A stretch of 64,000 bases of DNA from an uncultured Spirochaetota bacterium (GCA_963835575.1 CAWIGG010000003.1:128001-192000); one strand, 5' to 3'. Shown: positions 30,485 to 41,903, counted from the stretch's first letter. Made by a program: numbers and translations. The notes: generated by a model from the sequence alone, not told the origin.

Positions 30485-32217
30485 ATGCTTTTAACTTTAA
30501 TTCTCTGGCTTTTCACATTCCTATTCAGCTGTATTTACGGGCTTATGCTGATCAGGCTTTTTCAATTTATGTTCCGCTTGAAGCCGGAAGAGATCCCGAC
30601 CCCGGCCGAGCTATTCTTTACCGGCATCGCTTTTTTAACCGTTTTCACACTTTATACTTCATTATTTATAAAGATTGGCCTCATAGCGGATATTATTTTG
30701 ATATCCGGCGCTGTCATTTATACCATAATTGATTCCCGTTTTATTAGAAATATATTCCTGAAATATGAAAATGACCCGCCCGGCTTATCCCCGTTTTTAA
30801 TAAAAGCGGCGCTGGCAATCTTTTTAATCCTTCTTTTCGAGACATCGGCCTACCGCCCGAAAAACTATGATACGGCCCTCTATCACGCGCAGGCGATCCA
30901 TTGGGCGGAATCTTTACCCGGCGATTCCAGGATTGGGTAATCTTCACAAACGGCTGGCATACGACAGCAGCTGGTTTGTTCTCACTCCTCTGTTCAGCCT
31001 CAGCTTTATAAAAGATCAATCGTTTCATGCGCTGAACGGGCTTTTTCTCCTGATCGGCAGCTTATTTTTCCTCGGAGGGATACAAAAATTAATATCAGGA
31101 AAAAAATCAATGGCCGTCTGGCTGCGGGTCCTGATATTGCCTATGGCCCTGTTATTTTTTACAAATTTCGCTTCATCGCCTGATTCTGACACTCCCGCGG
31201 GGATACTGATCTATTTTGTTTTTATTACTTTTCTTGAAAAAATAGAATCGGATAATACTAATTCTTCTGACAATAAAAATTTCCAGCGCCCCGATCTTTA
31301 TTCTGTCTCTATTTATCATAATTTCCGAGCTCTTTAGAAAAAGGTTCTTACCCGCCCTGTTTCTCTGTCTGATAAGCTTTATAGCGGTTCTTCCATGGCT
31401 TGCCAGGAATATCATCCTGTCCGGATATCTGATCTATCCTTTTTCCGCAGTCAATATTTTTAATTTCGACTGGAAGATTCCGCTCTCTGTTCTGGAGGGC
31501 GATAAAAAAGGGATGGAAGACTGGTCTTTCCCCATCCGTAATATGGACTTATTTACCTATCTTCCCCAATGGTATTCAAAAATAAGATTACCGCATATTC
31601 AATATAAAATTGTTCTTACCCTATTGATGGGTTTTTCAGGTATTTCCATTCTTGCTTATATTTTTCTTTTCTTTAAAAATATTAAAAAGGTTTTTTCAGC
31701 GTTCAAAAACCAGAGCAAATATATAATATTTTACATTACAGCATATGCCGCCGTAATTTTTTTATTCATCACCGCCCCCGATGTCCGCTACGGTTCTTCC
31801 TTTTTCGTTCTTTTTTTACTTCTCCATATAATCCCGGCATTAATGGTATTGACCCATAAAACAGTCTTCCGGCTGTCATTTAAAAGAATTTATTGCCTTT
31901 TGATAGTCTTTTTTATGATCTCATTTGAAGTATTTCTCTTCAACAGATATTTTTTTACCGGCCGTGTCAACCTCTACGGTACTGAAAAAACATCTATCGT
32001 TTTACACCGGCTGGTTCTGCCTGCAGAATATCCGCTTGATTCTGAAAATTACCGGACTTTGATGCTCACCTCCGGGACTTATTCATTCCCGGCATATCTG
32101 CACGGTTCGGACTCATGCTGGTATTCCCCTTTTCCTTCAATACCAGAAGTTGAATTTAATAATTCAAAGCCCGTATTACGTGGGCCTTCTGTATTATCCG
32201 GCTTTAAAAGCGAATGA
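30485..32217 (+). pseudogene. Frameshifted polytopic membrane protein (LIC_10190-like, putative GT-C glycosyltransferase)
   Basis: Three consecutive frames: YDTALYHAQAIHW | YPAIPGLGNLHKRLAY...SPDSD | TIKISS...PWLARNIILSGYLIYP...APDVRYG. Shifts near 30912 and 31260. Confidence 0.75.
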
Positions 32218-32220
32218 ATA

Positions 32221-32616
32221 TTATCCGGCCTTCTTTCTGAACACAACATATTTAAGCCCGAAAAAATTGAATAAAGCGCAGAAAGCCGTCGCCGCGATAA
32301 ATCCGGCTTCTTTCAGATGGGTTAATGAAAAAACAATCTTATTGATTAATGTATTAATGATGAGAGAAACAGCATAAAAAAGAATATAAACCGTTGTTTC
32401 CCGGATGCTTCTTCCGGCCTGTTCAAAAGTCCAGAGTTTATTCATGATATATGTAAACAGCGTCGCGGCGATAAATGAAACAGCCTTTGCCGGACTGACC
32501 CCCAGCGGCTGGAATAAAAGTATATATACCCCGTAATCAACGCCGGCGGCCAAAAGGCCTGTGATAATAAACCGGAAAGCCTGCCTTATCCCTTTTCTAT
32601 CTGTCAAAAACTTCAA
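32221..32616 (-). CDS. GtrA family protein
   Basis: RFIITG, NKLWTF, four TM segments, KYVVF. Confidence 0.9.
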   Translation of the reverse strand: MKFLTDRKGIRQAFRFIITGLLAAGVDYGVYILLFQPLGVSPAKAVSFIAATLFTYIMNKLWTFEQAGRSIRETTVYILFYAVSLIINTLINKIVFSLTHLKEAGFIAATAFCALFNFFGLKYVVFRKKAG

Positions 32617-33563
32617 TCGGTTTTATCCCTATATGTATTCAATTTTATCTCATAATCGCTTTTATGTATTTTAACAACGGTGTCCAGAATCAGCCCGATG
32701 GAAAGGAGCAGCATCGAAAAAAGCATCAAACCGGTGGAAAGAACCGCCGAGGGAACTTTATAGACGTATTTAAATTTAAAGTATTCAATTATAACAGGAA
32801 TGCCGATCCCTATCCCTAGGCAGAGGCATAACAATGAAAGCATCCCGAAAAACGCCAGCGGTTTATAGTCCTTGAATATCATAAAAATCTTTCTGATCAC
32901 TTTTATCCCGTCCTTGAATGTATTCAGCTTTGAATGGCTGCCCTTTGGCCTTTCGGAATAATTTATCGGCACTTCCAGGATGCCAAAGCGCTTATCCAGG
33001 GCATGCAGGGTTATCTCGATTTCCAGTTCAAAGCCCTCGCTCAGGACCGGAAAGTTCTTGACAAATTTACGGTTGAAGACACGGTAGCCGCTCAGAATGT
33101 CTTTGAGACCCGACTTAAAAATAAAGTTGATCAAATTTTTCACAAGCCTGTTCCCGAAATCATGAAACTGCCGCTTGTTCTGGCGGGTATAAGTTCCCTC
33201 CGCAAACCGGTTGCCCACGGTCATATCCGCTTTTCCTTCCAGAACAGGCTTAAGAAGTCCCGGCAGATCCGCCGGAGAATAAGTGCTGTCAGCGTCTACC
33301 ATCACATAATAATCCGATTCAATCTCACGGAAGGCTTTTCTGACAGCGTTCGCCTTGCCCTGTTTTTTTTCAAAAAGGACGCCGCCCTTTGCTTTTATGC
33401 GGGAAAGTATTTTCTGCGCCATCATTTGCGTCCTGTCTGTGGAATTATTATCAATGATATAAATAAAAGCCTTCGGACTTGCCTTCGCGAAATCCTCTAT
33501 CACCTTTTGAATGGTTTTTTCCTCATTAAAGGCGGGGATAATAACGGTTGTCTTCATATTCAA
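32613..33563 (-). CDS. GT2 polyprenol-phosphate glycosyltransferase
   Basis: IIPAFNEE, DNNSTD, MVDADSTY, DILSGYR, two C-terminal TM segments. Confidence 0.92.
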   Translation of the reverse strand: MNMKTTVIIPAFNEEKTIQKVIEDFAKASPKAFIYIIDNNSTDRTQMMAQKILSRIKAKGGVLFEKKQGKANAVRKAFREIESDYYVMVDADSTYSPADLPGLLKPVLEGKADMTVGNRFAEGTYTRQNKRQFHDFGNRLVKNLINFIFKSGLKDILSGYRVFNRKFVKNFPVLSEGFELEIEITLHALDKRFGILEVPINYSERPKGSHSKLNTFKDGIKVIRKIFMIFKDYKPLAFFGMLSLLCLCLGIGIGIPVIIEYFKFKYVYKVPSAVLSTGLMLFSMLLLSIGLILDTVVKIHKSDYEIKLNTYRDKTD

Positions 33564-35005
33564 TAAGCCCCCTTTCTTTTCAGAACAGCGCCGGCGGTTT
33601 TAAACAGGATGATCAAATCAAGCCAGAGCGACCAGTTTTCAACATACCATGTATCCAGTTTTAAGCGCTCCTCAAAAACCAGCTCATTCCTTCCCGATAT
33701 CTGCCATAAGCCTGTTAGACCCGGCTTCGTCAGCAGGATGATATCCTTAAAATCTTTTATCTCTTCTTTTTCCCTCGGCAGATACGGCCTCGGCCCCACA
33801 ATGCTCATTTCACCCCGCAGAACATTAAAAATCTGCGGCATTTCATCCAGAGAAGTTTTTCTTAAAAACCGGCCCACCCTTGTGACGCGCGGATCAAAAC
33901 CCCTTAATTTTTTAAACTTTTTCCATTCACGGGAGGCTTCAGGACGGCTTTTCAAATAATCCTCAAAAAGCCGCTCCGAATCAAGATACATTGTCCTGAA
34001 TTTAATGCAGCGGAATAATTTATCGTTTTTTCCCACCCTGTCCTGAATGATGAATGCCGGCCCTTTTGAATCCAGCTTGATGAATAAAACTATAACAGCG
34101 ACAAGGATCAGGAAAAAAGGCATAAAGAGAATACAGAGAATGATATCAAACACCGTTTTTATCAAGCGGTTAAAAAAAGAATGCAGATTGTTTTTAATCT
34201 TAAGTAAAAATATTTTTTCCATAAAGAGATAATGCAGCTCCGTGTTCATCAGAGAAATACCTATCAAATCGGGGACAAGTACGACATTTTTAGCATATTT
34301 CTGGACATGGTTCGTCAGCTTTGTCAGCTCATTTCTGGAAAGCCGGGGCAATGAAATAATGACAGTGGAAATATCCAGAAGACGGGCAAACTTCGTAAAA
34401 TTTTTTATTTCCCCAAAAACAGGATATTTTTTTCCGTCAATAATGATCTCTTTCATTTTCCTGCCTTCATACAAAAACCCGACGACATCGTAGCCAAGCT
34501 GTTTTTCATTAATCAGGCCTTTGACAGTACTGACGGCGCTTTCACCCGTTCCCAGGACAAGGACTTTTTCCTTCCAGATGCCGATGATATAGAGCAGCCT
34601 CTTACCCCAGTAGCGGAAAAGGATCAATATAAAGGCCAGGTAAATCCAGAGAAAGAGAAGGACAAGCCTGGAAATATTGGAATACATGCTTCTGACAATT
34701 ATCGTGAAAAACACAAACAGGATCGTTATCGAAACCGCTTTCATAATGGTTTTTATTTCTTCCCAGAACGGATAACGCGACGTATAAAGTCTTTCAAATA
34801 TCATAATAGCAATAAAAATAACAGGGACCCACCAGATGGAAATATAATACTCAAAAGAAAAATCATATGTCGCGATATCCTTTAAAAAGAAATAGGCAAT
34901 GTTGGCTCGCGTAAATGATGCCAGAAATAAAGCCGTGTAAAAGGCCGCCAGGTCCACTATCAGTAAGCCCGCGAACCTCGCGATAACCATCCATCTTTCT
35001 TTCAT
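33560..35005 (-). CDS. Undecaprenyl-phosphate sugar phosphotransferase (WbaP-like)
   Basis: N-terminal TMs, KFRTM, DPRVT, SLDEMPQ, GPRP, KPGLTGLWQISGR. Confidence 0.92.
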   Translation of the reverse strand: MKERWMVIARFAGLLIVDLAAFYTALFLASFTRANIAYFFLKDIATYDFSFEYYISIWWVPVIFIAIMIFERLYTSRYPFWEEIKTIMKAVSITILFVFFTIIVRSMYSNISRLVLLFLWIYLAFILILFRYWGKRLLYIIGIWKEKVLVLGTGESAVSTVKGLINEKQLGYDVVGFLYEGRKMKEIIIDGKKYPVFGEIKNFTKFARLLDISTVIISLPRLSRNELTKLTNHVQKYAKNVVLVPDLIGISLMNTELHYLFMEKIFLLKIKNNLHSFFNRLIKTVFDIILCILFMPFFLILVAVIVLFIKLDSKGPAFIIQDRVGKNDKLFRCIKFRTMYLDSERLFEDYLKSRPEASREWKKFKKLRGFDPRVTRVGRFLRKTSLDEMPQIFNVLRGEMSIVGPRPYLPREKEEIKDFKDIILLTKPGLTGLWQISGRNELVFEERLKLDTWYVENWSLWLDLIILFKTAGAVLKRKGAY

Positions 35006-35006
35006 T

Positions 35007-36158
35007 CTATTTCCCCTTAAAGAAACAGGCTATTTTCTCATCCGTAAATTTTTGATAACGCTTCTGGAATTCCTGCTTTGAAAACCTTTCAGCGTTTTTA
35101 CGTATTTTTTTAAAATCATACCGGTCTTCCGTTTTTTCAAAAGAGAAAACCGCGTCCATCAGGCTTTCCTCATCCTGGCTTTTAAAAAAGACGCCTGTTC
35201 TGCCTTCAATAACCGTTTCAACAGCGCCGCCCCTGCCGTAAGCTATCACAGGCGTCCCGCAGGCCTGCGCTTCCACCGGCAGAAGCCCGAAATCTTCCTC
35301 GGCAGCGAACACAAACGCTTTTGCCCTCTGCAGGTAATCCCTGAGGGATTCCGAACTCTGGTAGCCCAGAAATTCGATATTTTTAGCCTTTGCGGCCAGT
35401 TTTTTTATTTTCTTTTCTTCCGGCCCCTTACCTATAATAAAGAGCTTTTTATCGCTCATCCGCGCGAAAGCCTTCACTATAATGTCCATCTTTTTATAAG
35501 GCACCATCTGCGACGCGGCGACATAAAAATCTTCTTTTTTTTCATAAAGCTTGTAAAAATCGACGTCGGCGGGACCGTAGATGACTTCCGCTTCCCTGTT
35601 GTAAAGCTTTTTTATTCTTTTCGCGACATAAAAAGAATTGGTAAGGTAATAATCCACCCTGTTAGCCGATATGATATCCCAGGTCCTGATCCTGTGAAGA
35701 ACATTTTTCGCGTACCATCCCAGGATCCCCCTGTCGAGGCCGGCTTCCCGGAGATATTGAAAGGTCAGGTCCCACGCGTAACGGACCGGCGTGTGCATAT
35801 AGCAGATGTGCAGCTGGTTCGCGTTCGTCAGAACGCCCTTCGCCACCGAATGGGAAGTGGAAAGGACCACGTCGTACTGCGAGAGGTCAAAACCCTCGAT
35901 GGCTTTAGGGAAAAAAGCCAGCAGTTTCTGATAATACCTGCCTGAAAATGGTATTTTCTGCAGCGATGACGTGATAATCCGGGCCGGATCAATGACGGAG
36001 CTTGAAAAATTTTTTGTCCTGACCAGCGTATAAACCGGCGATGGATAAAGCTCATAAATCGCTTCCAGGGCCCTCTCCCCGCCGCGCATACCGGTAAGCC
36101 AGTCGTGGACTAAAGCTGTTTTTAAATTATTATCATGAACAATTTTTTTTTCTTTCAA
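35007..36158 (-). CDS. GT4 glycosyltransferase (WbaZ-like)
   Basis: HDWLTGMRGGE, HTPVRYAWD, EDFGLLPVEAQACG. Confidence 0.92.
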   Translation of the reverse strand: MKEKKIVHDNNLKTALVHDWLTGMRGGERALEAIYELYPSPVYTLVRTKNFSSSVIDPARIITSSLQKIPFSGRYYQKLLAFFPKAIEGFDLSQYDVVLSTSHSVAKGVLTNANQLHICYMHTPVRYAWDLTFQYLREAGLDRGILGWYAKNVLHRIRTWDIISANRVDYYLTNSFYVAKRIKKLYNREAEVIYGPADVDFYKLYEKKEDFYVAASQMVPYKKMDIIVKAFARMSDKKLFIIGKGPEEKKIKKLAAKAKNIEFLGYQSSESLRDYLQRAKAFVFAAEEDFGLLPVEAQACGTPVIAYGRGGAVETVIEGRTGVFFKSQDEESLMDAVFSFEKTEDRYDFKKIRKNAERFSKQEFQKRYQKFTDEKIACFFKGK

Positions 36159-36222
36159 TTTTCTCTCCTGCCATGGTATATTAACACTATTTTATCGGTT
36201 TTTAAAAAAGATATCTCAATAA

Positions 36223-36350
36223 GGGAGTGTAAATCTAAAAATCTTCGATTTTTAGATTTACACTCCCACTATTATAAAGTCCCTTGTTATATAAAAAGGC
36301 TCAGCAGCGTGGAGTTCGCTGGCGAACTTAGCTGCTGAAAATCTCAAACA
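36223..36350. repeat. Diverged member of the tri-hairpin MITE-like family
   Basis: Perfect palindrome with 21-bp arms at 36223-36267, then TTATAAA.T.CCTTGT and GAGTTCGCTG..GCGAACT as in 54598-54800. Confidence 0.55.
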
Positions 36351-36367
36351 ACGGCCGATTTTTACCT

Positions 36368-38092
36368 TTACTCATAATGCCTCAAAGCGTCGGCCGATGA
36401 CAGGTTCGCAGCCCTTCCGGCCGGAAAAAAGGACGCTATTACGGCAATAATGAGAAGAATGAAAACAAAAAGCGCGACATTGGCCGGCGATGTGACAAAA
36501 TGCAGATGGTTATTGAGAATAAAAATGGAAAAAGCGTTGCTTGTCGTTTCAATATAGAGAAGCGACAAAAGCCACATTACAATATATGAAAGAACTATGC
36601 CTGCAGCGGACCCAAAAAATGTCAAAAGGACCGTCTCGCTGATAAAAAGATTTCGCACATCAATTTTTCTCATTCCTATGGAACGCATCGTTCCTATCTC
36701 CCTCGTCCTCTCCTTAATGGACATTCTCAGGGTATTGACAACCCCGATTTGAGTTATGAAAAACAGAATAATGAAGCCGAAGAACGTGGTCATTTGAATC
36801 AGCGCCGCGTATTGAAGCGTATCGGTCCCCTCTTCATACATTGTGGTCAATCCCAGGAAAACTCCCACGGCTTTATTTTTATTCAATCCGGCATAATTTT
36901 TCTCTATTTCGTCGGAACTCTTCGCCCTCGGCATCATGATCCATTCTTTTGTGAATAGTTCCGCCGCAGGGCTGTTCCTCCAGCTGTTTATATTACCGCC
37001 GCTCTCGATTTCCGGTAAATTATTACGGTACAGATCCAAAAAATCCTTTTCATTCAATAAAATGACATGCTCCAGGTTGGGATCCGCCGTTTGAAAAATC
37101 CCCCCGACCTGGAATCTGTTTGTCAGGAATATGTTTTCCCATCTAGATTTATAGATGATTTTTATCTGACTTCCCGCCCCGGCGGAAATCTTTTCCGCAA
37201 GAAAGGCGGAAATAATCACCATGTTGGTCAGCGGCAGATCTCCCCAATTGCCCTTTATCAGTTTTAATTGATTGCTGAGCTTGAGAATAATGTCTTCGTT
37301 AGTAGAAAAACCCAGCAGATCAATTGATGAAAGCTTTTCTTTGAGAGGAATGCAGGCCGTTTCAGCCTGAAGCCCTTTGTATAAAATATCCGCCTGCCGC
37401 CGCGTTGTTTCGGGATCATTCAGGATGATGAGAAGCCTGTCCGTTTCATAATCCCTGTAGCCCATCAGTTTTTTGATGTCCGATATCTTGATATAGACTG
37501 AATCGCTGATAAAGATGCTGGTGGCAGCTTTAGTGATGCCGACCACTCTGAGTCTGGCCGACTGGACCTGCCCGTATATGGTATGAAGGCTGATCTTTAT
37601 ATAATCATTGAGCGCGACCCTTAATTTTCTGGCATACTGCCTTGTGATGATGACGCCGTTCTCTATACCGGAATTGGTAAAATCGGCGGGAGAACCGTAC
37701 TCAAGCTGAAGTGTATCCATAAATCCGGGTCCAGGCTCGATTCCGTCGACATAAATGTCCGCGCCGCTGCCGTTCCCTATCCCTCTCGTCCAGACGCTGA
37801 TGCTTTCATGGATCGCTTTTACATTTTTAACTTGCTTTTGAATGATTTCCTTCATCCGTTCCTTATCGCGGATCACGGAGATGTTTTTATATAATCTTTC
37901 ATGATTTACGATCTGGATATGCCCGACCCAGTTGACAAGAAGTTTATTCAGGATAATATCCGCCATCCCGTCGCCGATGGATGAAAACAGCATCAGAACC
38001 ATGATGCCGAACGCGATCACAACGCCGAGAAGAAGGTTTCTCCGTCTCTGACGGAACAGGTTCCGCAGGCTCAAGTTAAAAATCAGCTTCAT
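36368..38092 (-). CDS. ABC transporter permease (FtsX/LolE family)
   Basis: RNLFRQRRR, ERTREIGTMRSIG, PAGRAANLS..DALR. Confidence 0.9.
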   Translation of the reverse strand: MKLIFNLSLRNLFRQRRRNLLLGVVIAFGIMVLMLFSSIGDGMADIILNKLLVNWVGHIQIVNHERLYKNISVIRDKERMKEIIQKQVKNVKAIHESISVWTRGIGNGSGADIYVDGIEPGPGFMDTLQLEYGSPADFTNSGIENGVIITRQYARKLRVALNDYIKISLHTIYGQVQSARLRVVGITKAATSIFISDSVYIKISDIKKLMGYRDYETDRLLIILNDPETTRRQADILYKGLQAETACIPLKEKLSSIDLLGFSTNEDIILKLSNQLKLIKGNWGDLPLTNMVIISAFLAEKISAGAGSQIKIIYKSRWENIFLTNRFQVGGIFQTADPNLEHVILLNEKDFLDLYRNNLPEIESGGNINSWRNSPAAELFTKEWIMMPRAKSSDEIEKNYAGLNKNKAVGVFLGLTTMYEEGTDTLQYAALIQMTTFFGFIILFFITQIGVVNTLRMSIKERTREIGTMRSIGMRKIDVRNLFISETVLLTFFGSAAGIVLSYIVMWLLSLLYIETTSNAFSIFILNNHLHFVTSPANVALFVFILLIIAVIASFFPAGRAANLSSADALRHYE

Positions 38093-38102
38093 TATCGACT
38101 CC

Positions 38103-39626
38103 TCATTCTTTCGAAAAAGCTTCAAGGGGTTTTATCTTAAGCGCCAGGCGTATCGGATACAAAACAGCGATTAAAGTGAAAATAAAAAGCTGGAATATGG
38201 ATATAATATTTTCCTTCAAGCCCAGGAAGGGCCTGAAATGGTCCGAGGCGAAAAAGAGCGCGGCCATTTCCTGCGTGCTGACGGTGATATTCATCATGGA
38301 TAAAAAACGGACCGCGAAATTCCCCGCGATTATCCCGGCGCCCCCGAAGCAGAGCGTCAGCAGGAATGTTTCGGCGTAAAAAAGCTTCGCGATAAAGGCT
38401 TTCCTTGCCCCGACGGAACGCATCATCGCCAGTTCGCCCGTCCTTTCTATGACGGCCATGTTCAGCGTGTTCATGATCACCATGATAACGACAAAATAAA
38501 GAAATAAAACAAAACCCCTGATGACATTCATAAAAAGGGATGTGCCGTCATAGAGCATTCCCGCCACGCGCTGCCATGGGACCGCCTTGGCATCCAGCCT
38601 GGCCATCCACAGCATATAATTAAGCTTTTTTACGGCCTTTTCAATGTCCGCTCCCTGCCGGAGTTTTATTGCAATATAATTATATGTCCCCCGGTCAATA
38701 TCTTTCAGATTGTCCCGGCCGGAGGATTCACTGCGTTTAAGCTTATGAAAATCATAGGCTTTAACAGAAGAATTCTGAGACGTCAGCGTGGAACCGGAGA
38801 AAAGAGAGTCCATATTGTCATCTTTAATTTCAAAAATCTTCTTTTTTTCAGCGGGGATATTTTTAGCCGAATCTTCGGCTGTGACATAATTAAAGCATTC
38901 CCTGAAGGACTCTATGTCCATCAGTGAAAAGTAGCCCCACATGTGATTATAATCCCTGTACCGCATCACCCCTTTGACAGGCAGGCGTATATCCTTTCCC
39001 GTATCTTTTGACATGCCCATAAAAACAAGATTGGTTTTTATGATCAGTCCCTTTTTTATTTTCGCGGCAGAAGGCATCAGATGCGAATTTGTCAGCGGAA
39101 CTCCCGCCGGCAGGATCCAGTAGCCGTTCATTTCAAAAATATGGTCTCTCCATCTCTGTGAAAAGAGCACACCCCTCTCGCCGTTTGTCAGAACACCGCC
39201 TTCGCTGATAACGGCGTTATTCCCGCAGAACCTTTGAAAATCATCGAATTTAACGCCGAGGAGATAGCACCAGGCCGGGTTGTCTTCTTCCATCACGATG
39301 GAAAAACCCATCGCCAGGGGCATGAATTTCTCCACATCGGCCTCTTTTTCCAGGAAGCTTTTTATATTCGTGTAGCCTTCAATGCTTGTCATTTCCCTGA
39401 CATTCTGGAAAAGAATATCCTCGGCTTCCTGGTTTGTGGATATAAGTCCGATATCCCCAAGGAATGAATCTGTCATACTGAAGAGCATGTTTTTATTTGT
39501 GCCGGCTATGACGCCGTTGCCGGCTGTCATAATGAACGCGGCAAAAAAAAGGATCAGACCGATTATGACGCTTTTGCCTTTATGGCGTAAAAGATTCCGC
39601 CAGGCTATTTTCATGATAAAAAACAT
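38103..39626 (-). CDS. ABC transporter permease (FtsX/LolE family)
   Basis: AWRNLLRHK, ERTGELAMMRSVG, YPIRLALKIKPLEA. Confidence 0.9.
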   Translation of the reverse strand: MFFIMKIAWRNLLRHKGKSVIIGLILFFAAFIMTAGNGVIAGTNKNMLFSMTDSFLGDIGLISTNQEAEDILFQNVREMTSIEGYTNIKSFLEKEADVEKFMPLAMGFSIVMEEDNPAWCYLLGVKFDDFQRFCGNNAVISEGGVLTNGERGVLFSQRWRDHIFEMNGYWILPAGVPLTNSHLMPSAAKIKKGLIIKTNLVFMGMSKDTGKDIRLPVKGVMRYRDYNHMWGYFSLMDIESFRECFNYVTAEDSAKNIPAEKKKIFEIKDDNMDSLFSGSTLTSQNSSVKAYDFHKLKRSESSGRDNLKDIDRGTYNYIAIKLRQGADIEKAVKKLNYMLWMARLDAKAVPWQRVAGMLYDGTSLFMNVIRGFVLFLYFVVIMVIMNTLNMAVIERTGELAMMRSVGARKAFIAKLFYAETFLLTLCFGGAGIIAGNFAVRFLSMMNITVSTQEMAALFFASDHFRPFLGLKENIISIFQLFIFTLIAVLYPIRLALKIKPLEAFSKE

Positions 39627-39726
39627 TCATCCCCCCGAATGATAAGTTAATATTTTATCATCAAACCGGATTAAATTAAAGAAATATTGGGTAATTTTTA
39701 TGCCGGAATGGAAAAGGATTTGTTTC

Positions 39727-39858
39727 CCGCGAATCACGCGAATTAACGCGAATCGAGGTTAATTTATATTTGTTATTATTAGCGGGTTTTACCATGAACA
39801 CATATTCATATCATTCGTACCTATTCGCGTCCATTCGCGTGCATTAGCGGATTACCCG
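39727..39858. repeat. 9-nt-periodic repeat pair (CGCGAAT family)
   Basis: CCGCGAATCACGCGAATTAACGCGAAT ... TTCGCGTCCATTCGCGTGCATTAGCGGATTACCCG abutting a stop codon. Confidence 0.85.
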
Positions 39859-39859
39859 T

Positions 39860-41272
39860 TTATAGATTTTCTTTGCCCTGGTATTCAGGCACATATTTTT
39901 TAATGACTTTCTTGATTTCGTCCTCATTATACCCATCGGCGGCTTCGGCGAATTCGGAGATCATGGTCCTTAATTCCTCTTCATTCAGCGGGACAAAATC
40001 CTCATCGGAAATAAAAAGCTTTTCATACACTGAAGGTTTAAGAGATTCATGGGAATAGCTTAATTCCTCATGCATTTTTTCCCCTTTGCGGAGCCCGGTA
40101 AAAATGATCTTGATCTCATCCTCCGTATAGCCGTAGAGCTTGATCAGGTTCTTCGCCAGGTCCAGAATGCGGATGGGCCTTCCCATATCCATAACAAAAA
40201 TCTTCCCGCCTTCGACTGTCGCCGCCTTTATCACAAGGCGCGCCGCCTCCCCGATGGACATAAAATAGCGCGTTATCTCCGGGTGCGTCACGGTCAGCGG
40301 CCCGCCGTTCTCGATCTGATTGGCGAACACGGGAATGGCGCTCCCGCTCGAGCCCAGGACATTGCCGAACCGCGTCAGACGGAAATGCGTCACTTTCTGC
40401 AAATGGTTGAGCGAGAGTATGACCTTTTCAGCCGCCCGCTTGGTGGCGCCCATAATGGAAGTGGGCTTTACGGCCTTGTCCGTGGAAACAAGAACAAATT
40501 CCTTAACGCCGGCCTGGATCGCGGCCAGGGCCGTATAATATGTGCCGAAAACGTTTGTCTTGACCGCCTCGTCTGGATAGTCTTCCATCAAAGGCAGGTG
40601 CTTATGCGCCGCGGCATGAAAAAGGACATCCGGCTTAAAGCGCTTCAGCTCATAACGTATTTTTTCAAGGTCCCTGATATCGCCGATGCAGTATTGAAAG
40701 CGCGGGTCGCTTCCGACCTTCACGATAAGCGAATGGATCGAGTTCTCGCCATGGCCGAATGCTATCGCCTTTTTGATCGGGAGACCCAAAAGATGGAGGA
40801 AGATATCGCGCCCGATGGTGCCGCCCGCGCCTGTCACCAGGACCGTTTTATTATTATAGAAGGGAGAGATTTTTTCCAGGTCAAAGCCGACCTCTTCCCT
40901 TCCCAGGAGGTCGGAAGGCTGGATCCTGCGGATCTGGTTGTACAGAACATTCCCTTCGATGATCTCATAAATCCCGGGAACTATTTTAACAACGGCCTGT
41001 GTTTTCGAAAGGACCGATACGATCCTCTGTATGACATCCTTTCCTGCGGAAGGAATGGCTATAATGACCTCATCGATGGAATGCTTCGCTATTATTTCCT
41101 GAGCGTCGGCGATTTTGCCGAGAACGGGCTTCCCCATGCATTCAGACAGACCATCTCTGTCGTCCAGAAAGCCGGCGATACGGTATTTCGCGGCTATGTC
41201 CTTCTTCTTAATGATTTCCGATGCCGTCATCTGCCCCGCGCTTCCGGCGCCGATAATGAGAATGTTTTTCAT
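39860..41272 (-). CDS. Nucleotide-sugar 4,6-dehydratase (PglF/CapD family, no N-terminal TM domain)
   Basis: IIGAGSAG, DLLGRE, VTGAGGTIG, HAAAHKH, STDKAV, RFGNVLGS, GEKMHEEL. Confidence 0.92.
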   Translation of the reverse strand: MKNILIIGAGSAGQMTASEIIKKKDIAAKYRIAGFLDDRDGLSECMGKPVLGKIADAQEIIAKHSIDEVIIAIPSAGKDVIQRIVSVLSKTQAVVKIVPGIYEIIEGNVLYNQIRRIQPSDLLGREEVGFDLEKISPFYNNKTVLVTGAGGTIGRDIFLHLLGLPIKKAIAFGHGENSIHSLIVKVGSDPRFQYCIGDIRDLEKIRYELKRFKPDVLFHAAAHKHLPLMEDYPDEAVKTNVFGTYYTALAAIQAGVKEFVLVSTDKAVKPTSIMGATKRAAEKVILSLNHLQKVTHFRLTRFGNVLGSSGSAIPVFANQIENGGPLTVTHPEITRYFMSIGEAARLVIKAATVEGGKIFVMDMGRPIRILDLAKNLIKLYGYTEDEIKIIFTGLRKGEKMHEELSYSHESLKPSVYEKLFISDEDFVPLNEEELRTMISEFAEAADGYNEDEIKKVIKKYVPEYQGKENL

Positions 41273-41597
41273 ATTGTATCCTTCGGAGATAATTGTAGAA
41301 TAGCCAAGTTGTTTTGGCAAGAAAAGGGATCGGCAGCGGCCGGAGGTTTTGTTCACTTTTCTTTTGTCCTGCGGCACAATTGCCGGGTGGCAGAATCTTT
41401 TCTTTAATGAAATTTAATTGGAGGGTTTATTCCGACTGGCAATCGGGGGAATTACGATATTTCTTTCTTTTCAAAAAGAAAGAAATATCGCGCTAAAGAA
41501 AGAAAACAGGTCGAGGCCATTTTCATACGAAGCAATCTGATCGTATTGATGTGTGTTATCCGGTTTTAATAAAAACGATTCTATAATTTCATAGCCG

Positions 41598-41903
41598 CCT
41601 TAAAACGCTGTCCATAGCTTTATGCGTCGGTTTTGACATCCGTGTCAAAAACATAAGCCTCTCTTCTATTATTATAGTAGCGGATGCCACGTTTATTATA
41701 TCGAGATATTTGATTTGCAGATTATGGTTAGGAGGAAAATGGCCTCGGGAACGGATGATATTACTTGATAGCTTTTGTCTGAATCGAAGTTTATAAAATG
41801 CAGGAAAAATAATTGATACTTCTGGTCTACCCGCGGCAGGGCGAAGCCGAGGAGCTAAGCCGCCGTTAGCGGCGAACACCGCAATGCATAGCCACCATTA
41901 AAC
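41598..41903 (-). other. Putative long, degenerate attC site
   Basis: R'' GTTTAAT shortly after the FRG stop; L'' GGCTATGCATTGCGGT can pair with L' ACCGACGCATAAAGCT; degenerate R' GTTTTAAGGCGG; internal hairpins. Confidence 0.45.

Noticed and set aside
40070..41407. 445-aa plus-strand ORF
   Set aside because: Antisense shadow of the GC-rich dehydratase gene with no recognisable motifs. The same applies to 20957-21712, 27624-28388, 54899-55600 and 57861-58703.
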